A DNA stretch of 64,000 nucleotides from Catajapyx aquilonaris (taxonomy: Eukaryota): the NCBI GenBank assembly GCA_000934665.2, contig KZ538565.1, positions 1-64,000 of the forward strand. The letters run 5' to 3'. This document shows, piece after piece, positions 10,003 to 23,245 of the stretch. The notes beneath the pieces are model-generated. The model searched no databases, was not told where the DNA came from, and was given only the letters and a program-made list of their open reading frames with translations. The position numbers and the translations under genes are program-made. Position 1 is the first letter of the stretch; each line of letters starts with the position of its first letter.

Positions 10003-11588
10003 GATTTTTGTCATATTGCATGCCAATATCGATAAAGGAGCAAATTTCGATTTTACATAATTTTTTTATTTATTTTATTTCTGGTACCTCGTGATAACCC
10101 TATATGGGTGAAATTTTATATTATATATTCGATTTTTGTCATATTGCATGCTAATATCGATAGTAAAATGCGATTTTACAGAATATATATTCGATTTTTG
10201 TCATATTGCATGCCAATATCGATAGCAAAATTTGATAATCAAATGATCACAAATATTACTTATCAACTTTTTTGTCATTTTTCATGAAAGTTTCGATATT
10301 TGACACATTGCATGCCATTATTGATATCAAAATTCGATATTGTGACACCAATCCTTACATAGGTAAACCACGAGCCATTACACTGTACTTTCCATTTATG
10401 GCCGGTACTCAGTAATTCAGAGCTTGAAGCAAACACGATTATGCATTAGCGCGTTTAACTGCATCGTGACGTTATTTGATATGCATAATGTGTCTGCAGC
10501 TAGCTCCATACAGTGAACCCCTCTTGACACGCGTTTCAGCTCTAATTACTGGTACATTATGTACAAAACCGCAGCACGTGTCGCACCTATCGACCTCTAC
10601 CGAACAACATGTGAACAATGCGCAAATGCATATCAGCAAGGGGATCCATATACATAAAATAAAAACAAGACACTACTGGTGCGGTCACTCAAAAGCCATA
10701 CAGCTGACAAAACCCCATCCCAAAAATAAGTCCATATCATTTTTAAAAATGTTCTGTGGTAACATCAGCAGTTAACCACCTTTCTAAATAATCCAAACTA
10801 ACAGTTTTCCTCCCAACCAATTTTTTTTATAAAAACCCGGTTTTTTTTTTGTGAGGACTAGGAGGTTCCTGCTTGAACCCCCGTCACGTCTTACCCTAGG
10901 GCTGCATGAAAAATGCAACGAATGCTGTCAGCCTGAGGAAGATATGCTGGCAGAATTGAAACGAAACATTTATGAGGGCTCTCTGGATTATATGCCCAGC
11001 TAGCTACGCTACACCGCTCCCCAAAAACCGGGCCTAAGAGAGAGGAAATGTATGCGAAAAACCTGGCCAGATTATATGCGTGGAATTTTATCTGCTAAAC
11101 TGTTTTTAGGAGAGATGTAGTGACGTGCTAACTGTGAAAGCTGTTGGCAACACTGCATAATATTTTAGTGATTTTTTTAATCGTCAAAATGTTTATAGAG
11201 TTTAGCATGGCGTTGCTTAAACCCACGTGACCCTTGTTTTATAATTTACGAGGATCTCCCTGATATGGCAACGGTTGGCAACACTGCTTCAAAGCACAAC
11301 ATTTCAGCAAATTTCTAGAATTATATTGTAAATATCTTGCATGGCGTAACTTACCCCTCGTGACTTTAACCCCCACCTCAGTGATTTAATAATCTGCCAA
11401 AGTCTCCCTGGCAACTGTTGGCAACACTTTCCAAGCCAGTTATTTTGACAATTTTCTTGAATAATATTGGAAAAATGTAAATTACAGTTTAGCATGGCAT
11501 AACTTTGGCGTAAATGTATGGCTTAAATTGGCCTAACCACCTCAGTGAATTAATAATCAGCGAGTATCTCCCTGTTGGCAACACTACA

Positions 11589-12095
11589 GGCGAATCTACT
11601 ACTTTTATTGGCTGTCAACTGGCTACCGGACAATTGGCTGCCGGTCATTTGGCTGTCATGACATTTGGTGGGCCAGCAACTAAAAGACAGCTTCCAAATG
11701 ACATGAAGCCAAATGACCCGCAGTCAAATGGCACGGCAGCCAATTGACAGGCGTCGGAGGTATGGTGGTCTAGTGGTTACGCCACTGGCCAGACAAGTGG
11801 GAGGCCGGGGTTCGAATCCCGTCGCCTTTGCTTGGCCGGGTCTTTTTCCGCTTTTCACCCGACATGCCTGGCAGAATTGCACTTCCTACTCTGCCCAGGG
11901 CCAGGAGAAAAGGTCTGGTGTATTTCAGAAAGTCAGAAATGACTAAAATTACAGCGCCCTCCCTCGGGAACCTCCACTTCCGCCCTACCGCGGGGTATTT
12001 TGAAAAAATAATAATAAATAAATAAATTTTAATTTTTTTGACAGGCGTCCAGTTGCCTGGCAGCCAATTGACACGGCAGCCAGGTGACCGGCAAT
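11589..12095 (+). mobile_element. CAATTGGCTGCC-repeat MITE (possibly Mutator-like) containing a SINE
   Basis: GGCGAATCTACTACTTTT start, with internal CAATTGGCTGCC and GGCAGCCAATTG repeats in inverted arrangement. Relatives at 24348-24494 and 24703-24834. Confidence 0.6.
11756..12037 (+). mobile_element. tRNA-derived SINE, family S1
   Basis: A box TGGTCTAGTGG, B box GGTTCGAATCC and A-rich tail. 12-bp TSD TTGACAGGCGTC at 11744-11755 and 12038-12049. Confidence 0.9.
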
Positions 12096-13189
12096 TTTTA
12101 ACAATTTATTGTAAAAAAATGTATCTTACAGTTTAGTATGGCGTAAACTTACACCCGCGTAAATACCCCCCGTGACTTTAACCCCACCTCAGTGATTTAA
12201 TAATCTGCGAGGGTTCTCCCTGGCAAATTGGATGTCAGTGCGAATCCGCCCCTGATTAGGCGAGGCTATTGAACCCATTAGCCCTCACAGAGTCTATCGG
12301 CTTTTGCCAGCTAGTTGAAACCCGAGATACTCCAGGGGTAACTTCCACCAGGGGTAATAATGAACATAATCCGGGCAACCAGTGTCACAGGACTGATATT
12401 GTGAGCGGCCATCTTTGGTCCGTTCCGGGTTCTAGTGATAAATGGAGTGGAAATGGCCCTGATTTTTACGGGACGTTAGACCCTAAATTTATCTACAGTT
12501 TTACGGTCTTTGGATCTGAACCAACTGTATAAATCCGGTTGTAAATGGTGACAAGAGGCGAAAACAAGATGGCGGATTGGATTCAAAATGGCAGATAGAT
12601 AAAACAGGTCTGACGTTTTCATGTTTGATTTGCTGGCCTCAAAGTGACGTCTGGAAGCCTTCTTAAGCCGCGTAAAAAACGAGAGTCTGCTTCTCGCTTC
12701 AGTAGATACGGCCTTTTTCCATCATCTTCCTTTGCCGCTCCCGCTCCGGATTAAAAAAAAAGCGTACACGCTCGAATCGTTTTCCGGGGAACTTTTCGAG
12801 TGCCTTCGATCTATTTTTACTTTCGGCATTCGCCTGGAAAAAAAATCCGGGACTTTTCTTCTATAGAGACATTCTTTTTCGCCCCCTTTTATGCGCTTCC
12901 CTCCGGAAATTAAGATCCGGAAAAATGAAAAATTCTGTAGTGGGTTTGGTAGTAGTGATCAGCTGATTCCGGATCCTTAAAAATTGGGCAAAATCCGGGG
13001 TGATAATGTCCACAGCCTTTGACGTATAGTACCACATCGATTTCGGGTAGATCCTGAGCATGCGCTTCAGAAATCCCAAAAAACCATCTGGTGAGGGAAT
13101 GTGATTTGGGGGTGGCCATGGCAACCCCACCCTCTAATCCGGAGAACGGAGGATCACCCTCTGGTCCATTCCCCTCAATCCAGCCTCAT

Positions 13190-14172
13190 TCCCCACTTAT
13201 GACTCGTTCCCATAATTAAGATTTGGACTGCCAAGTTGTGGCGTCTGTATGACATTTGGGTGACCGCACCAGTACTGACCCTGCCAGACACGGAATGTCG
13301 CATTGCATGATGATTTTTATTAATTGTTGTATGACGTTTGGATGACCGCACCCGTACTGACCCTGCCAGGCACGGTACGTATCATTGCGTGATGATTTTT
13401 ATCCAATAAAGACCCATTCCCCACTTACCACGCGTTCCCAGTATTAAGATTTGGACTGCCGTATCTGTATGACGTTTGGGTGACCCCACCAGTACTTGTT
13501 TGTGGCCCTGCCAGGCACAGTACGTTGCATTGCGTGATGATTTTTTAAAAAATACCCCGTGATATGGTCTTAGGCCCTTTTAGGGGGGAAGGGGGAGCCC
13601 CCAAGTCAGGGCGGTCTTAATTTGTTTCTGGTCATTTCTGACCCTCTTAAATACCAGACCTTTTCTCTTGGCCCTGGGCAGAGAAGGGAGTGCAATTCTG
13701 CCCGGACATGTCGGGTGAAAAGCGGAAAAATACCCTACCAAGCGGAGGTGACGGGGACAGGGTTTGAACCCCGGACCTCCCAATTAGCTGGCCAGTAGCA
13801 TAGCCACTAGACCACCATGCCCCCTATGATTTTTATTAATTGTTGTATGACGCTTGGGTGACCCCACCAGTACTTGTTTGTGACCCTGCCAGACACGGTA
13901 CATCGCATTACGTGATGATTTTCATTCATATTGTTGTATGACGTTTGAGTGATCGATTTTGTGGCCCTGCCAGACACGGTCAGTCCCGTTGCGTGATTTT
14001 TAATAATTGCTGTATGACGTTTGGGTGACCAGATTTGTGGCCCTGCCAGACACGGTGCGTTGCATTGCGTGATGATTTATATTAAATGTTGTATGACGTT
14101 TGGATGACCCCACCAGTACTGTTTTGTGGCTCTGCCAGGCACGGTATGTCGCATTGCGTGATGATTTTCATT
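13190..14172. repeat. ~80-bp degenerate tandem array (GTATGACGTTTGGGTGACC..CCCTGCCAGGCACGG)
   Basis: At least 7 units, interrupted by the SINE at 13546-13825. Related motifs at 10675-10715, 36490-36700 and 37260-37330. Confidence 0.85.
13546..13825 (-). mobile_element. tRNA-derived SINE, family S1 (full length)
   Basis: Reverse-strand A and B boxes (GGTCTAGTGG, GGTTCAAACC). TSD ATGATTTTT at 13537-13545 and 13826-13834. Confidence 0.9.
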
Positions 14173-15059
14173 AGGGTTGAGCCACTGCAAGTTTTACAAG
14201 AATATATATGCCTAACTAGTACCTGGCAACAATGGGCTTGGGGTGAACAACCTAGCCTCCTATCTCCATAATTAATTCCCCTTCCCTCCCCGCCTCTCTC
14301 CACTTCCTTAACTCGGACTGCTCTCTAACATTAACAATGCCAAGTTGCGACTTCATTACCGAGGGCTCCTAGCTAAAAAGGTGGGAATAGAAACCCCGAG
14401 GAAATGAGCTTGTTCCTAGACCTTACAACAATAAAGAGATGTGGATTCAAGATGGCGACAAGTTTCTTTGTTGTCCTATCATCTAATGCAGGAAATGTCA
14501 AGATGGGTCTTATCAGGTTATTTAATCAACATTATTGCTTGAAATGTCGTTCTGAGTGTAAAGTGTGACACCCTATGACATGGGGAGTGGGGGGTGCTGA
14601 TCTTCCCACCATGTTGAGGATCTTTGATGCACATTACACGGGATATCGGATCCAGCTGCAGAGTTAGGTGGAGTTGTGGCTGCGGTTCAAGTTCCAGCAT
14701 CGATTTTGGGGGACCAGAGAGAGAAACTTGGTGGGGGAGAAGTAGAGAGGTCGTTGTTCTCCACAGCTCTCGGAAGCACCACCCACTACGGACAACCCCT
14801 CCCCTTTACTTCTATCTCAGCCTCACCCTTGGAAATCAAATTGCCAGAATTTCTTCCCCGCCATCTCCCCAAAGTCTGCACTCCATCAAAGCTGGAGTGG
14901 TATAGACGTTGCACAAAGAGTGTGACAAAGAATTTTTGATCTTGGTATCAACTGATCCACAATAAGATCCGGGATCAACTGATCATCAACATGATGCTCT
15001 TACTGGTGCGCCACTGTACTGATCCACTTCTGAATCTCTCAGTACTCAGGCCATCCAGC

Positions 15060-15257
15060 ACAACACTGTCCTCAGGTCCTCACAGTCTCTTGTCCACTAG
15101 CCCTCCACAGTCCCCTGTCCAACAGCCATGCACAGTCCCCTGTCCAATAGCCCTGCACAGTCCCCTGTCCACTAGCTCTGCACAGTCCCCTGTCCACTAG
15201 CCCTGCACAGTCCCGTCCACTAGCCCATCACAGTCCCCTGTCTTCAAGTCCTCACAA
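15060..15257. repeat. ~24-25-bp minisatellite CACAGTCCCCTGTCCACTAGCCCT
   Basis: About 7 copies. It resumes at ~15733-15785 after the nested insertions. Confidence 0.85.
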
Positions 15258-15732
15258 GGAAGGACTTTCGTACTGGGAGACCAAATGTGGTCTGAACCAA
15301 CCTACCCTACCCTTCCTTCCCGGCGGATACACGCATAGCTTTCAGCGGATACACGCCTAGTATCGTACACTGTAACCAGTAAAACGCCACAAAGCATCAA
15401 AAGAGCATCATCCAATTTAAACCCAATTTTTAATGCTCTTGTGATACTATTTTAATGATTTTTGTTTCTTAAAAGCATCAAAAAACATTACAAGAGCATC
15501 AGAAGAGCATTAAAATTGATGTTCCATGAGCGACTCAGCAGTGATGCTTTTATGGTGCTTTTGTAATATTTTTTGTAACTAATTAGCAACAAAAACATTA
15601 AAAGAGCATTACAAGAGCATTAAAAATTGATGCTCCATGGGAAACTCACTATTATGCTCTTCTAATGTTTTTCGGTTTACAGCTAGTGCAGGTAAAAGTA
15701 ACGTTGTCTCCCGATATGACAGTGAATAGACC
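15258..15732 (+). mobile_element. R1 family element hosting a CACTG-terminus element
   Basis: Left end GGAAGGACTTTCG, then CAGCGGATAC repeats, right end GTAAAAG..GTCTCCCGATATGA. Confidence 0.6.
15368..15688 (+). mobile_element. CACTGTAA-terminus non-autonomous element with AAGAGCATT/AATGCTCTT internal repeats (CMC/EnSpm-like)
   Basis: CACTGTAA start and TTACAG..GTG end. The same motifs occur at 17248-18203 and 53092-53590. Confidence 0.6.
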
Positions 15733-16154
15733 CTCAGTCCCCTTCCCTCAGGTCCCCACAGTCCCTGTGCTCTAGCCATCCACAACCGCCATTTTTGAGC
15801 AAATATTTCAGCTGGTTAGACACCCACCATTATTTTGAACCCTTTCCAAAATTAATGAGCGCAACGTACGCTCGTTACGCGCCAATAAACACAAGCTGGG
15901 ACCACAAGTGCACTTACGCTCATTACAACCCCCCCACCTCGGTTGTTGTGCCGGTCCCTAATTGTTTCCCATGTTTCAGGTGGGCCCTACAACATCAAAA
16001 CAGGCCTCAAAAAATGACCGCGACCCAGGTTCAGATCACGGTAAACAATGAATTAATTAGCGTCTGGCTAATAATGATCCCTCGTCATTTGTTGGGTGGG
16101 CACAACATTCCTTTGACGTGATTTAGAGGCCAATGGGCGCTTAGTTGGATAACC

Positions 16155-16448
16155 GACCAATCACAGCTGGCATGAGGCCCTGGTGTGTGGCGCCAGCTAA
16201 TCACAATCCTGTAGCGTGCACTCTAGCCAATCACTGCAGGTGTGGGGCCCTGGAATGTGCCTGCTAGCCAATCACAGCCCCGGAATGGGCACGCCAGCCA
16301 ATCACATCCCAATAGCGTGCACTCCAGCCTATCACGGCTAGAGTGGGGCCCTGGAGTGTACGTGCTAGCTAATCACAGCCTCGAAGTGGGCACACCAGCC
16401 AATCACTGCTGGTATGAGGCCCTGAAGTGTGTGGGCTAGCCAATCACT
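16155..16448 (+). repeat. 9-unit AGCCAATCAC (CCAAT box) array
   Basis: Cores at 16155, 16195, 16225, 16266, 16296, 16326, 16367, 16397 and 16438. Confidence 0.9.
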
Positions 16449-17247
16449 GGTGTGTTGCCCCTGAGTGTGCATATGGAGGCTTGGTTTAAAAGTGCGCTTC
16501 TAGTAAATGTGACGGATGAGCCGGAGGAAAAAGACTGTAGTCCCCTAAGATCCATAAACTCTCTTTAGTGTCCACACTCGCCATGTTGATCAACAACCCT
16601 AGGGACAACAATGGCGACTTGAATCAAACAGGCACCATCTTTGCTAGATACGTCACTAGAGAAGAAGGAAAGATGGCGGTGAGAAACTAGATTTATGAGC
16701 CAACTTCCCGGAAATTCAATTTGGACCCGAAATGGCGTCGGGTGTGGCCCCTTGCCTCTAGGGGAATACAGAAGTAGTAAAAAAGACGTAACTGACACGC
16801 ATCGGAAAATCGTCAGGGTTGGCAACATTGTAAGGTGTTCTTTTGGGATGACGGGTGTAGGATCGATGGTGTGGAGAAGAGGCGGTGGAGAAGTGATGGG
16901 AGTAGTTGGAGGGAGGGAGGGAGGGGAGTGCAATTTGGGCGAGTGGAAGTGGGCTGGAACTTTCCCCAGAGTGCCCTAGGGGGGAAAAGGTGAGCAGCAC
17001 AGCCCAAGGAATGGAAGACCTTCAAATCGATAGACGTGTCTAACTGATCCTCTCCGCCTCCTGTTTCCTTCGACCGCCTTCGCTTCTCATCCATCTTCAT
17101 TCCAACCCTTTTATTAAGAACGAATTACCATAACCCCATATAGCAAGATCCATGGAAGACCCCTATGTGTCGGATAAGCGGGAGGATTAAAGATGGCGGC
17201 TTATAGTGAGGAGCTAAAATGGCTGCAGAGATATGATGCGAGGACTA

Positions 17248-18203
17248 CACTGTAAAACCTCAAAATGTTAAAATAGCATCACTACTGTGTCTCCCGTGGA
17301 GCATAAATTTTTATGCTCTCGTAATGCTCTTTTAGGGCCAGTTTCACCGAGATCAGTATAACTTAGAACCTCGGTTATAACCAGAATTGCCATAGCAACC
17401 ATTGTTGTCAACAATGAAAACGGAGGATTTTTGGAAAATAAACCCGGATTTATAATATACTGAGCTCTGTGAAACCTGCCCGTAATGTTTTTGTTACTTC
17501 TTAGTGACAAAAAACATCAAAAGAGCATTACAAGGGCATCATCAAAGCATTAAAAGACCATCACTATACTGAGTGTCCTGTTGAGCATCAATTTTTAATG
17601 CTCTTGTAACGCTATTTTAATGGCTTTTGTTGCTTTTTGGTGACAAAAATATGAAACGAGCATTGCACGAGCATCACCAAAGTTTTAAAGGGGCAAAAAG
17701 GGGAGTCTCTCGTGGAGCATCAATTTTAAATGCTCTTGTGATGCTCTTGTGATGCTCTTTAATCCTATTTTAATGTTTTTGTTGCTTTTAGTGAGAGAAA
17801 ACACTAAAAGAGCATTAAAAGAACACCATCAATGCATTAGAAGAGCATCACTACTGAGTCTCTCGTGGAACGTCTATTTTAATGTTCTTGTAATACTCTT
17901 GTAATGCTCTTTTAAATATATTTTAATGTTTTTGTTGCTTTAGTGACAGAAAACACTAAAAGAGCATTAAACGAACACCATAAATGCATTAAAAGAGCAT
18001 CACTGCCGAGTTTCTCATGGAACATCAACTGTTAATGCTCTTTAATGCTCCTGTAATATTCTTGTAATGTTTTTGATGCGAACAAAAAACATTTAAAAAG
18101 CATTAAAAGATTAAAAATAGTTTCTCTATGGATGATGCCAAGAGTGATGATGATCTTTTGATGCTTTTTGAATGCTTTGTGGCGCTTTGCGGTGTACACT
18201 GTA
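17248..18203 (-). mobile_element. CACTGTAA-terminus element with expanded GAGCATT repeats
   Basis: Starts CACTGTAAAA. The end CTTTGTGGCG is the reverse complement of the CGCCACAAAG seen near the starts at 15368 and 53092. Confidence 0.6.
17335..17482. mobile_element. Short MITE nested in the CACTG element
   Basis: Inverted ends GGGCCAGTTTCACCGAGATCAGTATA and TATACTGAGCTCTGTGAAACCTGCCC. Removing it restores the host motif GCTCTTTTAATGTTTT with TA duplicated. Confidence 0.6.
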
Positions 18204-18829
18204 ATAATTGTTCATCGTGGCAAAATTATCAATTTCAGCGCTTATCTTAGCCTTTCCGGTTCCGGATCTGCCCGGATGTGACGTAACGGTGCGTGATTCG
18301 GTGTCGTTCAGAGTGGAATAATCGTTAGCTCACAGGCGATTTTTCAACGATAGTATCAATATGCTATGATCAGCATATTTTCACTCAGAGTAATGAGTCA
18401 CCTAAAAAAGGTACCTTGACCTCTGACACTTGGGAGCAATTTGAGCCCAGCTCAGGCGAGAGGATCCCGCAAAGAGGTCGGAAGCGGAGACCACTTTATT
18501 TGCTCTGCAGTCGAGGGGTTGGAGGAGAGAAAAGGGCCTTTGGGGGGGGGGGGGNATGGTATAGGGTTGGTGTTTGGTGCCCGCCAGGCGTGGGTGGGGA
18601 GTGGCTGAGAGGGAGGTGAGGGGAGAGGGAGAGAATGTTGCCATTTGCGGTTCCCACTCCTGGGAGTTGGCACAACCCAACAGAGAAGAGATTAGGGACT
18701 TTTAGTATTCAGTTTCGCCACGGGTTCTAATCGAGAGGGAAGATTATTGCAGCCTCTTATTGCCACCCACATCAGTGGTGAGCAGGATTGTTTACCCTAC
18801 CAACCGGGTGGAAAAATCAACCAGTTGGT

Positions 18830-19490
18830 ATCCTCCTGATGGGTGACACGATAGTATGTTGTATAACCTCCTCAAGGGTGCCAGGATTAACTTTGCACCA
18901 TCCTCGTGGGCGATACCATCATTTATGCCCCCTCCTCGTGGGTGTCACCAACTTGTACCATACTCATTTGTGGCATGGCACCATCTTGTACCATCCTCAT
19001 GGGGGACACCATTTTGTCCCCTCCTCGTGGGTGCCACCATCTTGTACCATTCTCATTCGTGAGACCAACTTGTACTCTCCTCGTGGGCGACACCATTTTG
19101 TACCCTCCTCGTGGGTGGCAGTAGTGGCACCATATTGTACCATACTCTTTGGTGGCAGTAGTGGCACCAACTTGTTACCCTCCTCGTGGGCGACACCATT
19201 ATTTACCCCCCTCGTATGTGGCACCAACTTGTCCTGATCCTCATTGGTGACACCATCCTGTAGCCCTACTCAAGTGTGGCACCGACTGTACCCTTCTCAC
19301 GGGTGGCTCCATCTTGTACCATCCTCATTGGTGACACTCTCTTGTACCCTCCTCATTGGTGACACCATCTTTACCATCCTCATGGGTGGCACCGTTTTGT
19401 ACCCTCCTCGTGGGTGGCACCAACTTGTACCCTCCTCCTGGGTGGCACCAACTTGTACCCTCTTCATTGGTGACACAATCATCTTGTAGC
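18830..19490. repeat. ~28-bp minisatellite CCTCGTGGGTGGCACCATCTTGTACC
   Basis: About 20 degenerate copies. It explains the repetitive ORFs 18788-19539. Confidence 0.9.
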
Positions 19491-20354
19491 CTTCCAGGCA
19501 GGTCCTAGGCTCTACCAGGTGAGAAAACGAGGTTGGCAAGTACTCTCCGGATGTAGAGGGTTAATAAAGTAGGAGCCAAGTAATCCGGCGTACCCGAGCT
19601 AATCCGGAGCCCGAATCTAAATGAAGCCTAGCGCCCCCCCCNNNNNNNNNNNNCCCCCCCCCAGCAAATTACGATTAGAGTGGTTGGAGGGGAGAGTAGA
19701 GGGAGGTTCTGCTTAAAACCCCGCCCCCCTTTCACTCTGATTTATTGTCTTGAAGAGGGTTTGGATGGGGAGGCTACTTCTCAGGGAAGTAAACTTAGCT
19801 GCTAAGCCGCCACTGGTTCTGGATAGAATTAAGGTCGAGGATTATTTCTACCCGGGCTTTACGGGCTAGGGAAATTGGAATAAGCTGGCCTCCCCGAAAA
19901 TGCTAATCCTGGTGGAAACTCGGGATTGTTACGATATCGCACTCGGTTATCGCAGTGGGAGCTCACACGTCTATTCGTGACAAAAAAAAGATCTTCCCAC
20001 ACGCCAGGGGGTGTTGCAAGCAGGGGTTGGGAGCCCTCTTATTCATGCAAGGCAGAAGTGTGCAGAGGGGAAGGAAAGGGAGAGAGGCTGGCACAAAGCC
20101 AGTCCCCAAGCGGCATAATGAGATTGAAATTGCAGCTCGGAAGCTTCCACAGCCACTGCCTGTTAAGAAGCCCAATCACGTTCCAAAGGGCGCAGAGAGA
20201 AACCCTCCCAAAACTCCTGCCAAAAAGTACGATCATCCTGAAGGACTTTTTCAGGACGCACAAGAAAAGCACAGGAACTTGATTCAGAGGTGTTGTGTAA
20301 TAACGTGTGGATTCAAGTGTCTAAGTCTTCTAAGGACAATGAGAGAGTGATAGA

Positions 20355-21095
20355 ACTCCTGATGTACTTCTTGACACCCCTGTACTCCTTGACACCCTTG
20401 TAGGCTACTCCGTGAGACTCCTGTACTGCTTGAGACACTCATTGAGACTCCTGTAGTCCGCGATACTCCTGTAGGCCACACCTTGAGACTCCTGTACTCC
20501 TTGATACTCCTGTGGCCTACGCCTTGTGGCTTCTGTACTCCTTGAGACCCCTGTATGCTACTTCTTGAGACTCATGTAGTCCTCGATACACCTGTAGGCC
20601 ACACCTTGAGACTCCTGTACTCCGTGATACTCCTGTAGACTACGCCTTGAGGCTTCTGTACTCCTTGAGACCCCTGTAGGCTACTTCTTGAGACTTCTGT
20701 ACTCCTTGAGACTCCTGCAGGTTACTCCTTGAGGCTTATGTACTCATTTATACTACTGTAGGCAACTTCTTGAGACATCTGTAGTCCTCGATACTCCTGC
20801 AGGCTACACTTTGAGACACCTGTACTCCTTGATACTCCTGTAGACTACGCCTTGAGGCTTCTGTACTCGTTGAGACTCCGGCAGGTTACTCTTTGAGGCT
20901 TATGTACTCATTTATACTACTGTAGGCAACTTCTTGAGACTCCTGTAGTCCTGGATACTCCTGCAGGCTACACCTTCAAACTCCTGTACTCCTTGAGACC
21001 CCTGTAGGCTACTTCTTGAGAAGCATGTACTCCTTGAGACACTCATTGAGACTTCTTTAGTCCTTCGATACTCCTGTAGGCTACTTCTTGAGACT
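20355..21095. repeat. CTTGAGACTCCTGTA(GGCTA)CTC minisatellite with higher-order structure
   Basis: 18-22-bp subunits repeated about 35 times. Confidence 0.9.
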
Positions 21096-21654
21096 GAAAT
21101 TGTGATTAGTTGATGACTTCCCCGGATTTACACATACTGATAAACCTTCACCTTATATGTGTAGTTGTTTCTCGTTACAAACAAACAATATATTATCCAA
21201 CCCCACACTGGTTCAACTGCGACCTATCCTTCTGCAGTCACGTCTCTAGTGTAAGAATCCTCGCCAACTGAAAAGGGAGTACAAGTTGGCAGGGGTATAA
21301 ATTAATAAAACATCTCCATGCACAGCTGGTAGCCCAGGCTGTGGCAACTTGTTAGTGTTCCGTTCTCCAACAAGGGTTGTTGCCACTCGGGCTTATCGCC
21401 AAACCGGGAGAGGAAGTTTCATTTCGCATAATGAAGAATGGAGATGGGGAGGGAAGGGGGGGGGGGAAANATGGGGGGAGGGGGGGGGGGTAAAAGTTGC
21501 GTGACCAGTAAATTCCGGCGGGGGTTGACAGGGCGTGAAATATCGTCCTGGCGTAGCACATTGCAGGGTTGAACTCGGTAGCACACTCTCACACCTACAG
21601 TTTCCAGTTCTAATTACTGTCTAGGTGAATAGAACAAGTGTATCGCGAACAGAA

Positions 21655-22098
21655 CTTCCCTTCAGCGGATACAGGCATATATTCAGCGGATACACACCTA
21701 CATTCAGCGGATACACACCTACATTCAGCGGATACACACCTACATTCAGCGGATACACACCTACATTCACCCACATCCTTGTCCTCAATAAGGTGTGGGG
21801 ACATTGAGAACGCAGGCTATTCGAAGCTAGTGTAACCTAACCTACCCTTCCCTACCTAACCTAGGATGAGAAAAAGGGATTTTTGTAAAACCCTGCAAAA
21901 CGAAATTGTGGGGACATGTCCCCACTATAACGGTAGGCTACTGTTCTCGTGTGTGAAACTGTGGGGACCAAAAATGTCCCCACAGTTACAGTAAAACATC
22001 TGTTTCCGTCCCCACAGCTTATAGAAGACACCTCAGCGGATACAAGCTAGGAAAGTTACTTAGTGCGGCGCGGCGTCTCCCGAAGTGAAAGAGCAGCC
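21655..22098 (+). mobile_element. R1 family element with a 21-bp tandem TTCAGCGGATACACACCTACA and a nested TIR element
   Basis: 5 tandem units at 21661-21770. Right end GTCTCCCGAAGTGAAAGAGCAGCC. Confidence 0.65.
21781..22029 (+). mobile_element. TGTGGGGAC/CCTAACC MITE (family R2)
   Basis: Imperfect TIRs GTCCTCAATAAGGTGTGGGGAC and GTCCCCACAGCTTATAGAAGAC. Reverse copy at 28722-29032. Confidence 0.6.
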
Positions 22099-22739
22099 CA
22101 AACGGGATCAATTGTCTTCTACCTTACCCAGTCATAGAACTTAATCCCGGTTTTAATTATATCGCCTCAGCAAAGGATTTATGTTTGAGACTCGCATCAC
22201 GCAGCTGGTGCCGCTGATATTAAACATTAATGAAGCTAGTTCGTGTGATAGGAGGATGGGCGGTGGGTGGGTTACGAACTCAACACGCTATTGGTGAGAT
22301 TATGTGGAATTCTTAATAATAAGTGGTGGTGAATTGTCTCGCTCACGCTCACGCGTTTTTTGGGTTAGAACACCGCGTCATGAAGTATGTGGCGCAGGAT
22401 CGTTTCTGGACAACTCATAATGTAAATATGGCGTCAGAGTAGGGAGGGGAAGTATCCTGATTGCGTAGGCATGTCCTGAGAAGCGGGGCTGTCCACCAAA
22501 ATGAAAGATAATTAGACGTTGAGGCCGCTTCATCCTGCATAATTACAAGCCCCAGCTGTGCGGGGGGCTTCCACTGCAAGTCAGATGGCGCCCCAGGCGG
22601 TTCTAGGTCTTTATCAGAAGCCGAGGCTTGGCAGGAGGGGAAACAACATATAGGGCCAAGGTCCAGGTGATTCTGAAGATGATCCCAGAATCAACTGATT
22701 CTTAAGTTGATCTTTGCACAACAGGGTTGATAGTCTACG

Positions 22740-23245
22740 CATGTCAAATAAACTTAGTCCCAAATTTTATATGATATTAAATAAAATTGGCCCTAATCTT
22801 TATTTGACATCATATAAAGTTTAGGACAAATTTAATTTGACAAAGTTTAGGACAAATTTTAATTTGACAAAGTTTAGGACAAATTTTATTTGACATCATA
22901 TAAACTTTATACGATGCCAAATAAAATTTGTCCTAAACTTTGTCAAATAATATTTGTCCTAAACTTTGTCAAATAATATTTGTCCTAAACTTTGTCAAAT
23001 AATATTTGTCCTAAACTTTGTCAAATAATATTTGCCCTAAACTTTGTCAAATAATATTTGTCCTAAACTTTGTCAAATAATATTTGTCCTAAACTTTGTC
23101 AAATAATATTTGTCCTAAACTTTGTCAAATAATATTTGTCCTAAACTTTGTCAAATAAAATTTATCCTAAACTTTATATTATAAAGTTTAAGACACATGT
23201 TATTTGGCATCATATAAAGTTTATGACACTTTATTTGGCATCATA
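22740..23245. repeat. 26-bp minisatellite in two oppositely oriented blocks
   Basis: TTTGTCCTAAACTTTGTCAAATAATA about 9 times (22927-23170), preceded by inverted TTTGACAAAGTTTAGGACAAA copies (22800-22895). Confidence 0.9.

Larger units (their letters stand above)
11130..12225. repeat. Degenerate ~130-150-bp tandem array (GTTGGCAACACT..TTTAGCATGGCG), interrupted by nested insertions
   Basis: Motifs recur at 11143, 11274, 11417 and 11574, and the array resumes at 12100-12225. Confidence 0.7.

Noticed and set aside
11756..11830. SINE heads (also 9391, 13750, 26150, 27603, 44070) as tRNA genes
   Set aside because: They have A and B boxes but no complete acceptor stem. They continue into non-tRNA bodies, and most are flanked by TSDs.
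18788..19539. Repetitive ORFs here and at 21610-21835, 37277-37953, 50523-50823, 58556-58834 and 61707-61934
   Set aside because: They are translations of minisatellites or MITE internal repeats, open in several frames or strands, with no domain features.
19540..19565. piggyBac-like ends (AGGGTTAA here, ~50333, and similar at ~53220)
   Set aside because: No matching partner terminus could be identified with confidence.
19634..19662. N runs inside poly-C/G tracts (also 61173-61195 and single Ns)
   Set aside because: Assembly or sequencing uncertainty at homopolymers. Tract lengths there are unreliable.
19926..20350. Overlapping 118-131 aa ORFs as a gene
   Set aside because: Non-ATG starts, no recognisable domain, ORFs on both strands and no clear splice context.
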